This document shows positions 27,614-41,249 of a DNA stretch of 64,000 bases, piece after piece. The stretch is from assembly GCA_000165425.1 (NCBI GenBank), contig CT868009.1:124001-188000 (forward strand), given 5' to 3'. This DNA comes from Paramecium tetraurelia. Lineage: Eukaryota. A program made the translations under genes and the position numbers. The notes under the pieces are model-generated. The model saw only the letters and a list, made by a program, of their open reading frames with translations. It made no database searches and was not told the origin of the DNA. The number at the start of each line of letters is the position of its first letter. Within the stretch, counting starts at the first letter, position 1.

Positions 27614-28933
27614 TCATGATTTTTCAAATTTAGTTGTCTCTTTAATTTAACCTGCAATCTCAATTAATTACTTCCTAATTACAGCTTTAGAATTCAAATC
27701 ATTTTCTTTTTAAGCTTGACTCATTAGATTCTCGTATTTTTCATTAAGTTCCTTGAGTTAGGATTCAATTTCCTATTGCCTGGAAGTCGACATAGGGGAT
27801 AGAATTTGTTATTGCTTTCTATTCTCTGATCTTCTATCCTGACTGGATTAGTTATAGTTTTGAGTGTTCATCATATCCTCCAAACATTCCCTTATAGCCT
27901 ATTTCAATTAGCTTTATTCTAGTCTTGAACTACTCAACGGAGGAGACATATCCATCCTGGTTATATTTTTTTATTCCTTATAACCTTATTTAAGTTCCCC
28001 TTAACTGTACTTTCTGTTAATGTACCTATGTTATCTTTCTTAATAATCTAATTTGATTTTGACCTGTTGATATTTGAGACTTAAGTCTTTGTAATCCTAT
28101 GTTAATTGCTCAATAATTTATTAGTATTCATTGCATTTTCCAATCAAATCCTGGATTCTTCGACTCATTTGTTCCTCTCTTGCACTCTTATTTCTTTCTA
28201 TCTCATCTATAGTTTTAACATGTTGTTTATCCTTTTCTTCCAGTAATTGTTTAAGTGAATGGATTTATTTTTCAAAGTCATGTAACTTCATTGGAGGATA
28301 CTTTGATTTATAATTAGTAAATTCTTATAGAACCTACTCTTTCTCCATTTCTAAGTATTCTAACTTCTTTTCAGATATTTTTAGTTGTTAATCTTTTATA
28401 TCGAGTTTGGTTTTTAGATCTTAAACAGTTTATTTAATATTATCATCAATTTTTTTATATTTAGTTTTTGGTATGACTCCTTTATCATTTTATTTATAAA
28501 CTGATAATTATCTTAATAAATTTTCATTGGCCATTTGAATTTCTTGTTTTTCATGTTTCAATTCTTCATATTTAATTATCATATCACTGAGTCGATCTTA
28601 ATAGTCTTTGACATGTTGTAACCTTTCAGTTTATGGAAGGTCATTAAATTATGATGGCATGTGAATCCTCTAACTTTCTTGATTTGTTTTTGTTAATAAG
28701 TATTACAATCTTTCGTTTTCGTTCTAAAGATCATATATTTGCTTCTTCAGTTAGTCTGTGAAATACTCAGAGGGATTTTCTATCGATTTCTTTAATCCCT
28801 CATTCTTTAATCCTTCGACTCCCTTCAGTTTATCCTACAACGCTTTGAGTGCTTAAGCATAGGCATTCTAAGATGCAGAAGTAGGATTAGAAGCGAATGC
28901 TCCCAGAGACATACGAGATTCTCTTTCATTCAT
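27614..28933 (-). CDS. Coiled-coil protein with Cep57-like termini
   Basis: N-terminal NAYAQALKALQDKLKGVE and C-terminal QLKELNEKYENLMSQAQKENDLNSKAVIRKQLIEIAGQI flank a long coiled coil. Confidence 0.6.
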
Positions 28934-28980
28934 TGTTATTTGATTATGATATGAATAAAATTATTTATTATGAACAGTTT

Positions 28981-29759
28981 TCATAATAGTTCAATTTATT
29001 CTTTGACTTATTTTTTTCTTGCCTCCCCTTCCTCTTCCTTTTGATGTTTATATTGATTTGCAATGCTGGAAACTGCTATTTTTCTATTCTTATATAGATT
29101 GAATTGTTTCTGAGATAATCTTCGTTTGACTGATGAGTCTCTGACTTTGAAATCGAAGTCCATTTCAAATTTGGTTTAAGTTTGAGATGCTTAAACAGTG
29201 GATCCAAAGTAGATCTTACTTTTCTTTCTTTCTGAGACTCTGATGTCCTTTGAGGATGAATTGTTTTTGAGAAAAGACAATTATTTGGTTTCATCCAGCA
29301 ATGGTTGACTGGAGTTCCTTTTGAGAGAAGGTTTATTGAAACGATTGGTTTTGGATCCAATGTGAGATTCTTCTATGGAGGAATTGATTTATTGTAGACT
29401 TTAATTGGGTTGGATCACAGATAATAAGGATGGATCTAAACATTAAATATTTGATACTCGGTTAATGCTGTCTTCTCATGGGCAAGAGAGGATTCCTAGG
29501 CAAGACTTGTTTCAATATCTTGTGACCTGCATCGTCATCAAGTTCGAATTTGTACTTAACATTTCTGATCTGTTGTTTTTTGGGTTTGGGTTCAGGGACA
29601 TCTGGGATTTTGTAGTATCGAGAGGAGGTAGAAGCCAAGAAGTTCTTTGCTTTCCATTAACTCAAGGTGATCATTTCATTATTGGTTCTTTGTTATATGC
29701 ATGGAGGGTGATGCACAGAATTGATTTGATCAATAATATTTTAATTCATGATACTCAAA
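28981..29759 (-). CDS. Hypothetical basic protein (start at 29759, or alternatively 29674)
   Basis: Open frame MNQNIIDQ..MITLSQWKAKNFLASTSSRYYKIPDVPEPKPKK..., one 22-nt intron ~29436-29457, TGA 28981-28983. Confidence 0.65.
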
Positions 29760-32700
29760 ATCATTATGGCAATAGTTGTGCCCATTTCAATCATCTTGCT
29801 TTTGAGTCTCATCATGAACAGTGTGTTTATACTAATTCAATTACCCAACTCACTTGACTAGGGACAATCTTTAACCAGATCGATATTCAATGAGACTGTC
29901 TCGATTGAATACAGTTACAATAAAATAATGTCCAAATTAATGATCCCAGCCATCAAGGATCTCTTTGTTGCATAAGAATTGCTAGCATAAGACTTTCACA
30001 TTATGTTAGATGAACCCTTCCAATTTTATCAAATCAATTCCACTCTCAACGATCCTGAAATAGAAGAGCTCATCAATCACTTGAAACAATTCAACTCCTT
30101 AATTACAAACAAAATCACTGTACTTTGTGAAAATGGGCTTCTTGCTGTTTATGGAGATTAAAACATTTCAGACTATTACACACTTTGGTAATATTAGGTG
30201 AGAAATTGTGTATCTAAAGATAATTGCATTGTATTGGATGCATATTCACAAAAATGGATTAAACCTGAAGTTTTTCCAGATGGAATGAAATTTACATTGC
30301 TTGTAGCAATTATGGGAAAATATAAATGTAGTATAAGTGAGATGCAAGATTTAGAGATGTTTGTCTCTTTGACGAAATCATGGGATCCCTAAAATATTTA
30401 TAGAGGATTACTCCTCGATTCAGTAATTAATAATATTGTATCTTATTTTAGTATCTTTATTAAGTCAATCCTGATGACGCCCTTGAAATCGGGAACCTAT
30501 CTTTTCTAAGTAGAACATATGTTAATCAAACTGAGAATTGGATCGAGAGTTTGTATGAATCTTTGAATGATTGCGGGTTTCAATTTAAAACATTTGAGTA
30601 TGTTGGAGTAGACCAGATAAAATACATTTGCAGAAGCACTCTATTTTTTGTATCTAATCCCATAGCCCATCACTGTTAAATAGTGGACATCAACGAAAAG
30701 AAGAACTACTCTATTTTGTTTATAGAAACCTTCACTTTGAATTTCAGAAATGAGGCTGCTGGATCACTGGAAGAACCCGATAAAATCAACCAGTATATAA
30801 CCATTCTATTCATTTCCTCCTTAATAATATTTCTATATACATGGAGACAGGGTGTTAAAGCTGGTCTCTCATTTGTTGTTCCCTTACGTTTAATGGGCAA
30901 CAAGATCTTAGAATAGTCTGTTATTGATTTGAGTAAATAAAACTTTATTGTAAATAATTATGATGAATATCGTAATTCAACTGAAATTCGCTAATTTATT
31001 GATGTTGTTATTGATTACGCCAATAGTGTGAAATATCAAAGCAATCAATTTGAATTAAATGCAGAGGGATTAATGTTGATGAGTAATTCCAAAAAATTCT
31101 TCAAAAAGTAAAACAATCTCTCAGCAGTAGGATTATGCTCTAATAACATAGCCAGAATTCACGCAATCAATAAAAGATTCCTTGAAGCCCTTAATGAATA
31201 AGAGGAATCTATTTAAATTGCAGAATAAGAACTACAAAGTCTCCTACAATTAAATGAACTGCATCACAAGATGAGTACAAGTAGGAACTGGTTCAAAGTC
31301 TACGAGTCATTCAAAAGTCGTCTATTGTCTAAATTCGTTGGTGATGACAGAATCTTTGAGAGACTCCAATCCTAAAACTATTAACCCCAACTCTCAAAAA
31401 TGATATCCATGGAGTTCAAACAACGTAGTAATACAATGTAGTAGAATGTCAAAAGAAATTCATATGCAAGTTCGAATACCGAAAGAAATAAGATAAATAA
31501 CCAATTACAAAATTTAAACATCACTTCGATAGCTTTATTGTAGTAAATTGAAAAATCCAACCAATCAGTAATCAAAGAAGACAGTGTAATCGAAGAAGAT
31601 TGTAAAAATATGGTTAAACTCAAATTATTGAATAGACAATACCAACTTCTAAGAATATTGAGTCAGTTTAGTAATGAACATGATCAGTTATTCTTAAATG
31701 AAATTCTTCAATTGCTCTTACAAATGAAATCTGAAGCAGAATAATAAAAGCCTACTTCTGCCTTCCTTAACAATTTATAATTCAATCTATCTTGTCAATT
31801 AGTTTACTTCTATACAAAATCCAATTAGATTTCAAAAGCCAAAGGCTTGCTTAAACATCTTCCAAATCTTCATACTCAATAAATTAATCAAATGACTAAC
31901 AGCATTAATATCTTTACTGAAGTACCTATTATCTTAGTCTAATCAAAAATAACACTTTTAAAGGCTATCATCGATATCAAAATGAATAAGATTGTCTAAA
32001 GTTGTACAAAATTGTTATCGATTCTGTCAATGTCCATGTATGACCCATATCAATACAACTATGCAATTAAATTGCTGCAATAAATATTCTACTCATATCG
32101 ATTAAACACATCCTTATTGGAGCAGTTTCACATCACTAATTAACACATCCAAGCTATTATTTTAATTGATTACACCAATCAAATGACAGTAGAATAGATT
32201 AAATTGTCACATTCCATTACAAAATATATTCTGTCTCTATTTACATGTTAAGATTAAGTAGGACTCTATGCCATAAATTCAACTTTTCATTAGATCTTTC
32301 CTTTATAGCAATACCAATCCTATTTGTAAAATAGTTGTAATCGATTGTTACTACCTCCTGGAGGAGAATCTAATCTGTTGTAATTATTATAATTGGCAGC
32401 AGGTTCATTCTTCCTTAAAAATAAATCAAAAATAAAGGAGGAATATACTTAATTGAATAACTCAAATTAATCAATTCAAAATGAAAGATCAATTTAACAT
32501 AGTTTGAGTAATGCTGGAGATGTGCTTGATAAATATTTATAGACAGACTATCATGACAAGATTGAAGATGAGGAGGAAGTTAAGTCCCAATTAAGGATCA
32601 TCATTCTATTTGCTGAAATGGTTAAGGATTATACATAATAAAACATTGAAATATTAAAGTAAATTATGAACAAAAGGAAAATCCACATCATAGTTGTTCA

Positions 32701-32854
32701 AATTGCTAATTAGAATTTAAATAAAATATATCTAGAAGCTTTGGGTGACTTGACTCCTTAATCTTGTGTTCTCAAATAAAATCAAATTATAAAATACTTT
32801 AAATAAATCAGGCCATCACCATATATTAAGAGAGAATACATAGAATTCTTTTGA
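29758..32854 (+). CDS. Receptor-like membrane protein: TM - extracellular domain - TM - HAMP-like linker - TPR-like region - vWA-like domain
   Basis: TM1 MILKIIMAIVVPISIILLLSLIMNSVFILI; TM2 YITILFISSLIIFLYTW; VVPLRLMGNKI..STEIRQF (HAMP-like); AVGLCSNNIARIH..RFLEALNEQEESI (TPR-like); AIILIDYTNQM..DQVGLYAI..IIILFAE (vWA-like). Confidence 0.7.
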
Positions 32855-33079
32855 ATAAAATCTAAATGATTTTATTTGTAATTAATATACTTTATTTATA
32901 TATTTTTATAATTTCTAATTTATAGTTTAAAGTGAATCTTTAGAAAGAATCAATATTTGGAAAGAGATTTATCCATAAAGAAACAATCAAAAATTGAGGA
33001 ATCGACTGAACTTTAAACTTCAAAATAAATTAATATATTTATATTAAGATATATAATTAATTTAAAAATAATAAATAAA

Positions 33080-35988
33080 TCAAGAAACTGTAGATTTTTT
33101 AAATTAGCTAGGATTTATGGTAGATTTATTGTTAACATTCGAGGCAGTTATCCTGGAATCCTCAATCATAGAAGATCTTGCTTCACTTGCCATAGATTTT
33201 CTATCCTAACTATTAGGGTCTTATAACTAGTCCATCATTTGTTCTGCAATGACACTGGCTGTAGGAGCAAGTTTGGATCGTTTCATTTCTTCATTCTTAA
33301 CTTTCTTTGCTTCATCATCTATAAATTTGATCTAGGATAATAGATAATTTGATGATTGAATATCGTTATTATGATAGGTAGTTAAGATATCTTATAATTT
33401 TATTTGCATTTATAACCACTCTAAAGCCCACTCTTTATTTTCTTTAATGAGAATACATAGTAACATAATGATCTTCTCTTGCACTTAATGATAAGTTAGT
33501 TTTTCCATTAATTTCAACAAATAAGGAACACATTCCTAATTGATCTTTTTCTTGACCTCAGCACTTTTGTGACACATTTTACTCATAACATAGAGAGCCT
33601 CACTTTTCAAATTAACAGACTCTTCCTAATCCAAAAAATATTAGTCAGCTTAAGTAGTGACCATATTATACAATAAAATCAATAAATGATCTATATTTCT
33701 TAATTCTACTTCACTCACTAAACAAACACTTAAGATTTAACATGTTGTAATGAGGCATCTAGCATCATATTGACACCCTTTAATTTATGGTCCTTCTAAT
33801 ATTTTATATAAGTAATCTGTTAAATTTGCTGCCAATAGTTTTTCAATATTTTAGGTAATACTCATTACACAGTATATTAATCTAAATTACGATATTTTAT
33901 TTACTTCAAAGCAAAATGTAATAAAAAATTATCTTTTGTCATTAATTTACTCACAAGTAATCCAGCTCCATCATCATTTAATATTATATATTTAAATTCT
34001 CTCGAGTTTGTACATAAATTGAACAATGATGCACATGCTAAAGTGGCTATGGTTCTGTTATGACTTCTATATAGTGTGATCAATTCAACTGAAATTGGCT
34101 TAAATGCTGTTATCATGGCTTCTGTTAATCCAGTTGTATGTTTGATTTCAGCTTGGAAATTGATAATATGACGGCAAATTGCAACTATCAAATCCACATT
34201 ATCAGATTGTAGAAAGTAACATATTAAACTACTGTATAATCCTGACCTTTCTTAGAGAAGCACTTCCTAAGAAAAGAAGTTCGCTTCAATCAAAGATTTG
34301 GCTATATTCACATTGTATTAATATTTATTTGATGCTAACTCTTCCAATTTCTTAATGAAATTACCCTTCTTAATTGGTCTGCATTCCTTTTTTGGTACTG
34401 CATACAAACAATAATCAAATAATTCCAAGATAATAGTTTTCAGTTCCATACTCACCTTAGCCTATAAAACAGGAACTAAATCTTTGAAACTAAAAGCTGA
34501 CCCCATCAAAAACCCATCAAAGCAGATACCCAAATAATTAGATAGCTTTTGTTACCAAACAAACTTCCTCTCTTCTTCATTCCCTGATTTATCTCTTACA
34601 AATGAAGCCTACTCAAATGCATCAAACAAAGCTTAGAGGTTCTCTTCAATTTAAATACCATCTGTCATATAATCTTTGAGATTGTTTAAAATGAAGCCAT
34701 ACTTCTAACTTAATTCCTTATCCAAAATTAGAAACCTCTCTTTATCGTATAAAACTAAGCGTTAGAATAACAATTTAAGATATTTTAAGGCATAACTCAT
34801 GAACTAGGGGAATATCTTGAATTTATTATAAATGAAGTTCAACGTTTATCTGTTATATAGCAATCTGTCAGCAGACAACTAAATAAAAACTTGATATTGC
34901 TTCTCAAATATGAACATTTTGCATTACAGTGAATCTATTGCATTTCTAAGAACATTTTTAAAAGCGTGTTCTTCCAAATCTTGTTCTAAGGTCAATTTCA
35001 GAAGGTCTCTATCATTAACTAAAACCTACTCTTTGGCATTTTGTTCTTGCCCATATAAGACAAATAAGATCTCTTGATATGTTTCCAAAAGTGGAGGAAT
35101 ATGTATTCTTCTCAAGATAATGATAAAAATATCTTAAATCTAAGTTCTTGCATGCAATTCCCATCCAAACCATTCAGAGATATCATTCATTAAATTAGAT
35201 CTTTTCTTGTAATTATGTGAAGAGATGATCCAATAATCAAGAGACTCCTCTTTTTTATTGGCTTATTCATCTTCCTCTTACTTCTTGCCTTCTTCATCGC
35301 TGTCCTGATTTTTTTGTTCAGTTCCTTATTTTGCACTTTCATCCTTAGAATTGATTCCTTTCAAAACTATCTCTAAGAACATTTCAGAGTAATATTATAG
35401 ATTAGCCTTTTCCCCTAGTTAACTCAATAATTAAGTTGGCAATGGATCCGTTATTTAAACTACAATTTTGCATTGTTGACTTTCCTTATGTACATAGACA
35501 CCATCTTGATATGTTGCTTCATATTCATCCGGTAAGCTAAATGTGTAATTTTTATTTCTAAACATTTATTTGCCCTGTTTAGTAAATATGAGATTAGGAA
35601 GGATGGCTTGTTTTTCTGAGATACTGGATTTGATATCATCTTTGTACATAGGCAGTTGTTTAAATTGAAAATTTTTATGCATAAAATCTGTCATCCAAGA
35701 ATATCTTAATGCTTATATTAGTTGTTTTCTTTCAAGCGCATATACGTCAATAATTATATCAGTATGAATTTAAAACATTGTTGGAACTCTCGTTGATATA
35801 ACAATACCTTTTATTTTGCCATACTCTAAAGACATTTCCACCTTCTCTAATTTGCTTGTTATAAATAATAACCTATCACTCGCCACAACAGCAAAATATT
35901 TCTTTTCACTTGACTATTAAGCTGTACAAAGAAAATCTACTTTGCAATTCAATAATTCCCCAATTGCTTGAATTATATTTCCAATCAT
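33080..35988 (-). CDS. Armadillo-repeat protein with PH-like N-terminus
   Basis: N-terminal KYFAVVASDRLLFIT..MSLEYGKIKGIVIS..FQIH; C-terminal ARM-like helices (IATLACASLFNLCTNSREFKYIIL; EALYVMSKMCHKSAEVKK). Confidence 0.7.
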
Positions 35989-36337
35989 TTATTTCAATAT
36001 ATTTTTATTATAAAATAATGATTTGAATACTATATTTTTATTTTTTAGGTGATAAATAAAATAAAGAAATACTTTCATCTTAAACTTTATCATAGGTATA
36101 TACAACATACGGTTTATTTAATTGTTTCGAATATAATAACTTCTATAATTATTATTATTATGGATTCTCAAAAATGAATATAAAACAATTACCTCTATCT
36201 CTACGTATTCATTGATTCATATGCAAATAAATTCATTATTTCACTGAGATCATTTAAATAAACACATAGAATAATTTATTTTCTGTTTCAACTATTATTT
36301 TTAGAATTTACTAAAAGAATATTAAATTATAAAAATA

Positions 36338-38887
36338 ATGCCTACAGAATGTGTGAAAGTTATAGTGAGAATGCGTCCATTTAATTCAAGAGAGAAGGAA
36401 AATGGAAGTAAACCATGTGTAACAGTGCATGAGGATACCAATAGCGTTGAATTACGTAGTGTAATTATAAATATATATTTGATTGATTAGAGTCAAGATA
36501 ATGAAGTGAAGAATTTTTCTTATGATTATGTATTTGGGGCTGAGACTCCTTAATTATAAATTTATTAGAAAACTGCTTTTAATTTGGTTGAGTCTGTGGC
36601 AGATGGTTATAATGGAACAATATTTGCATATGGATAAACAGGTACATTCAAATATTAAGAAGATTAGGTTGTGGCAAGACTTTTACGATGATAGGAGACC
36701 CAACTAATGTAAGTTCTTTATTCAATTTTAGGAAAACATGAAAGGAATAATCCCAAGAACTTTTGATCAAATAATAAGCATAATCAACAATAACTCGGAT
36801 TCTAATAAGAAGTTTCTCCTTAGATGCTCCTATATTGAGATCTACAACGAAGAAATCCATGATTTATTGAGTAAGGATGCGAAATAGAAATATGAATTGA
36901 AAGAAGGATAACAGGGAGTCTTCATTAAAGATCTCAATATTGCAGTAGTCAGAACAACTTAAGAGATGGACAAGTATATGCAATTGGGCACTCAAAACAG
37001 GTCTGTTGGGGCTACTGCGATGAATAAAGAATCTAGTAGAAGTCATTGTATTTTCACAGTATATATTGAATGTTCCATTACAGATTCTAAAGGAAATGAG
37101 AGAATCACTGCAGGGAAATTGAATTTAGTTGATTTGGCCGGAAGTGAAAGGTAATCCAAAACATAGGCAACAGGAGATCGATTGAAAGAGGCTACAAAAA
37201 TTAATTTGTCTCTGTCTGCGTTGGGAAATGTAATCTCAGCACTAGTTGATGGAAAGACCTAACACATTCCTTATAGAGATTCAAAGTTAACTAGGCTGCT
37301 TCAAGATTCCTTAGGGGGTAATACTAAGACCATTATGATCACTGCAATCAGTCCCTCTGATTTTAATTATGATGAGACATTGTCGAGTTTGAGATATGCT
37401 TCAAGAGCAAAGATGATAAAAAATCAACCTAAAGTAAATGAAGATCCGAAGGATGCCTTATTGAAAGAACAAGCTGAAGAAATCAAAAAGTTAAAGGAAT
37501 TATTATCGAGATAAGCAGCTGGATAGCCTGTATCTTTAGAAGCCTTTCAATAATTTAGTAGACCAGATGACAACAGTAATGCTGAGATTTTTAGATTAAA
37601 GGAAGAGAATGATAGACTAATGAGAGAGAAATAAGGACTCTCACAACCAGTAAATTCAGAGGAAAAATTAAAGGAGTTGCATGAATTTAAAGAAAAAAAT
37701 AATCTACTTTAATAGGAGAAGGATAAGTTTGAATAAGAGATGAGAGAAAAAGAGTAGTAGGCTGAATAAGAGAGACAGGCTAGGCAGAGGTTAGAATAAT
37801 TACTTAAGGAGAAAGAATAGATGATAGTTTAAGGGGGAAAGGGAAGTGAAGATGATAAAAAGAAATACAAGAAAATTAGATAAACTATTGAATAACAAAA
37901 AAAAGAGCATGAAGCTTTGATACAACAATAAGAGCAACAATAATAAGAGATGTTTGAAATTGAGACTAAATATCAGAATGTGTAAGAGGAAGTAGAGAAG
38001 CTAAGAAAACTGATTAAATATTTAAGGAAGAAGTTAGAAGAAGCTACTATAGAATAAAAGGATTTATAATAGGAAGTAGAATATTAAAAGGAAGATATGT
38101 TAGAAACAATAAGAAGTCAGTAGAAAGAGATTAAGCTCTATGCAGGTATGGTCAAGATGATGTTTAGCCAGAGTGAATTAGAATCTATTTAGGCAGCAAG
38201 TGAATGGGATGAAGATGCTCAAGAGTATAAGATCCCTCCCTTCAATTTTAAAGCAAAAAAAGTAAACTTTCCATCTCTACCATATAAATAAGGTAATATT
38301 ATGATAACTTCTAAGCCATGGATCTAATTGAGTTAGAAAAATAAGAAAGGGTGCTTGAAATTAACACTGGTTAGCAAAATAATAAAAGTTACCTTTCAGA
38401 GTAGGAATAAGATAATCTACAAAGAATAATAACTCCTAGAATTCCAAAGAAAGGTATATAATAGAGTAAGTATTAGAATCTCAATAAAAATAAAACACTT
38501 CTAGTTAACCTCAATTGGATAGAGGGTAGTTAGTAGCTGAAAAGATGAGATAGAATTACTAAGTTTTAGAGTAACAAGAAGGAAAACAGCGGTATCAGAG
38601 TGAAATAGTGAATTACCAATTTCCAGAGAAAAAATAAAATTAAAAAATTATTCTCAGTCCTATAGACAATAAGGATACTTCTGTTTACACTTCAAATAGT
38701 TAGTATATTTTTAATGGGAATGCGAGTAATAATAATCTTAGTCAAATCAGTTTGAATAGGAATAAAAAAAGTAAATTTGTTAATTAAAATAGATATTAAT
38801 TTGCAACCACTTGAATAAAAGCCATTATTTGGGTAGAATGATGATTAACATAAAAGAAAATAACACTAGAGAGTGTAATAAATTTGA
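36338..38887 (+). CDS. Kinesin-2 family motor (KIF17/OSM-3-like)
   Basis: [60 protein letters not shown]; kinesin-2 neck [14 protein letters not shown]; coiled-coil stalk. Confidence 0.95.
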
Positions 38888-38915
38888 ATATTATTGTCTT
38901 TTTTAATTTTAATGT

Positions 38916-40044
38916 TCATATGTTTTACTATACTATTGTTTCTTATTGATACTTTTAAACATACTCAATCTATTAGTTATTACGATTGTTGAATCTTTTC
39001 TTTTTATCATATTTATATTTTCTATTTTATTACATCTCAAACTTATCCTCCAAATTTACAGGTTACTATGTTTCTTTCTTATTATATTGTTAATCAGTCT
39101 AATCTTAATATTTGTTTTGATATTATTAATAAGGATACTGTTAGTATTATTCTTATTAATAGAACCCACTGTTAGATTGCCAATATTAAGGTTATTAATA
39201 ATACCCTTCGAAAACTTAGATATTTTAATACCATAATTATAATATCCATATTGAGGTTTACGTTGTTATCTTCTCTCATAAGACGCAGCTGAAAATGAAT
39301 AAGGAATTGTTTCAAAAACAGATCTTAATTCTTGAAACTTCTTTTCAAAATTTGGATTTGTATCTCTTTATTATCTACTTTGATTCTAAATAATTATCAA
39401 ACTTACTTCTAACTTATCCAATTGAGAAAAGTCTTCAAATAAACTCTTCTTGGATTCCTCATTCTTGAATATCTCTGCCATTTTGATTCCGTTTTCCAAT
39501 GTTAACTCAGTGCAATCAATCAAGTCATACACTGATTTAACAGTTTCGTCACTTCCTTCAAATTTTTGGATCTATTTAATATTTTCAAATAACTTAAAAG
39601 GAAGATCCTTCACATATAGCTACAATAAGCGGAGTTGTATACCCATTTTATTTAGAATAAGCCAAACCATTTGTTTTCAATTAGCCAATATTTAAAATGC
39701 GATTTAGGATCGAATCCTGATGTCAATTTGGCCATCCCACTAAAGCAAAGACTGTTTATTTCAGTAAAGAAGAGATATACATCTCCCTATGAAAATGCTT
39801 CATTCAATCGTTCATTCTTTCGCGAAGAGCTGAGACTTAAAATTAAATACTACCTCGTCCATATGCCATATTTCATGGCCCTATGTACATTATCTTCACC
39901 TTAAGTACGAATGATGAAATATTTGCTTTTATCCAAATTCTTAAATTCATGATCAAAATTTATATGTTCCAATGGCGGAAAGGTCTTCCTTATCATATCC
40001 AAATTCTCATATGAAGGAAGTGCCTAAAATTAAGGCTGATTCAT
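38916..40044 (-). CDS. YTH-domain protein (YTHDF-like m6A reader) with Q/N/Y-rich C-terminal tail
   Basis: KYFIIRTQGEDNVHRAMKYGIWTSS..NERLNEAF..VYLFFT..FSGMAKL..KYWLIENKWFGLFQIKWLYVKDLP; two tiny introns. Confidence 0.9.
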
Positions 40045-40398
40045 AAATAAATAAATAAAAGATTTAAAATAAAATAATTTGTGAGAAATTAAATTATTAG
40101 CATCTTCTTATCATTCTTCAAAAATCAGAAATCACTCTCAAGTTAGACTCTCATTCATTTTACCATTCAATAAATATTGTTAATACATAACTCATTCAAT
40201 AAATAATATGCCATTAAATAACATTTATTCTCTTATTTGTATTTAACAGTGCCTCATGTATACATCCCTATGTTAGAACTAAAAATATGCCATTTAAATC
40301 ATATGACAATACAAAATGATGCGAAGTTCTCACTTTAAAAAGCCAAAATTGTAGATGTGATATGATGAAACAATAAATTGCATTAAAAATAATATAAA

Positions 40399-41221
40399 AT
40401 GAGAAATCAAAGGAAATCATAAGTAACTTAAAATATCCAGTTTTATAGAGTCCCTTTAGAACTAATTAATCTGTAATGAGAGATAGCCCAAATACTTAAT
40501 TAGATGAATCAAGCATATCAACCAATAGGGTACCCTAAAATAGGGAATCAACTAGGGCGAGAATGAAGATTAATTAATCTCATAATAATGCTCTAGCGTA
40601 AGGTGGTTAAATTAGAAAATAAATTGCCAATGAAAGAACATCAGCGAAAGGCGGTAATCCTAATGAATTCAACCCAAAGAAATTTGTGACTAAAGATCTG
40701 AAAGTACTTATTGCAATCTATTACAGGAATCTGATATTATAGATATCAAGCAAGTTTTCGATTATTACGATTCTGAATAAGCGGGCATTTTATCACCAAA
40801 TGATTTGGAGTAACTACTTACAAGTTTTGGATATCATCCAACCAAAGAGACTCTTTATGGTATTAAGGACTCTATCATTATCTTTTAGAGATTTTTTCAG
40901 AATTGGATGAGGACGAATTAGGAGGAATCACTTTTGAATATTTTCTGTAAATTCTTAATCAAGACAAATCGAAGTCAGAAAGAAAGGATACAATCAGAAG
41001 AGTTTATAGGAAATACGACAAAAACAATAAAGGTTTCGTAACCCTTCAAGATTTAAGACAAGTCGTCTACAAAGATTTGAAAGAAGAAATCGATGAAGAA
41101 GTCTTAGCAGAAGTAATTTATAGGAATAATAAAGATCTTTAAAAAAACAGACTCTAATCAAGATGGAAAGATGACATTTGAAGATTTCTATAATGTAATG
41201 ACCAAAAAGGTGTATTATTGA
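40399..41221 (+). CDS. Centrin-like EF-hand protein (infraciliary-lattice type) with N-terminal extension
   Basis: FNPKKFVTKDLKESDIIDIKQVFDYYD..DKNNKGFVTLQDLRQV..DSNQDGKMTFEDFYNVMTKKVYY*; four tiny introns. Confidence 0.85.
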
Positions 41222-41249
41222 TATTATTATACAGTGCATATTAATTATA

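Noticed and set aside
29579..29592. TTTGGGTTTGGGTT, resembling Paramecium telomeric repeats
   Set aside because: Only two units, and it is the reverse complement of Pro-Lys-Pro-Lys codons inside a minus-strand CDS.
33080..38887. ARM-repeat gene divergent from kinesin-2 as a possible KAP3 partner
   Set aside because: The protein lacks the recognisable KAP3 N-terminus and has a PH-like start instead. The adjacency is probably coincidental.
38946..39904. Plus-strand track ORFs, including a very hydrophobic 96-aa one
   Set aside because: These are antisense shadows of the YTH gene and its Q/N-rich tail. The same applies to most short track ORFs lying opposite real genes.
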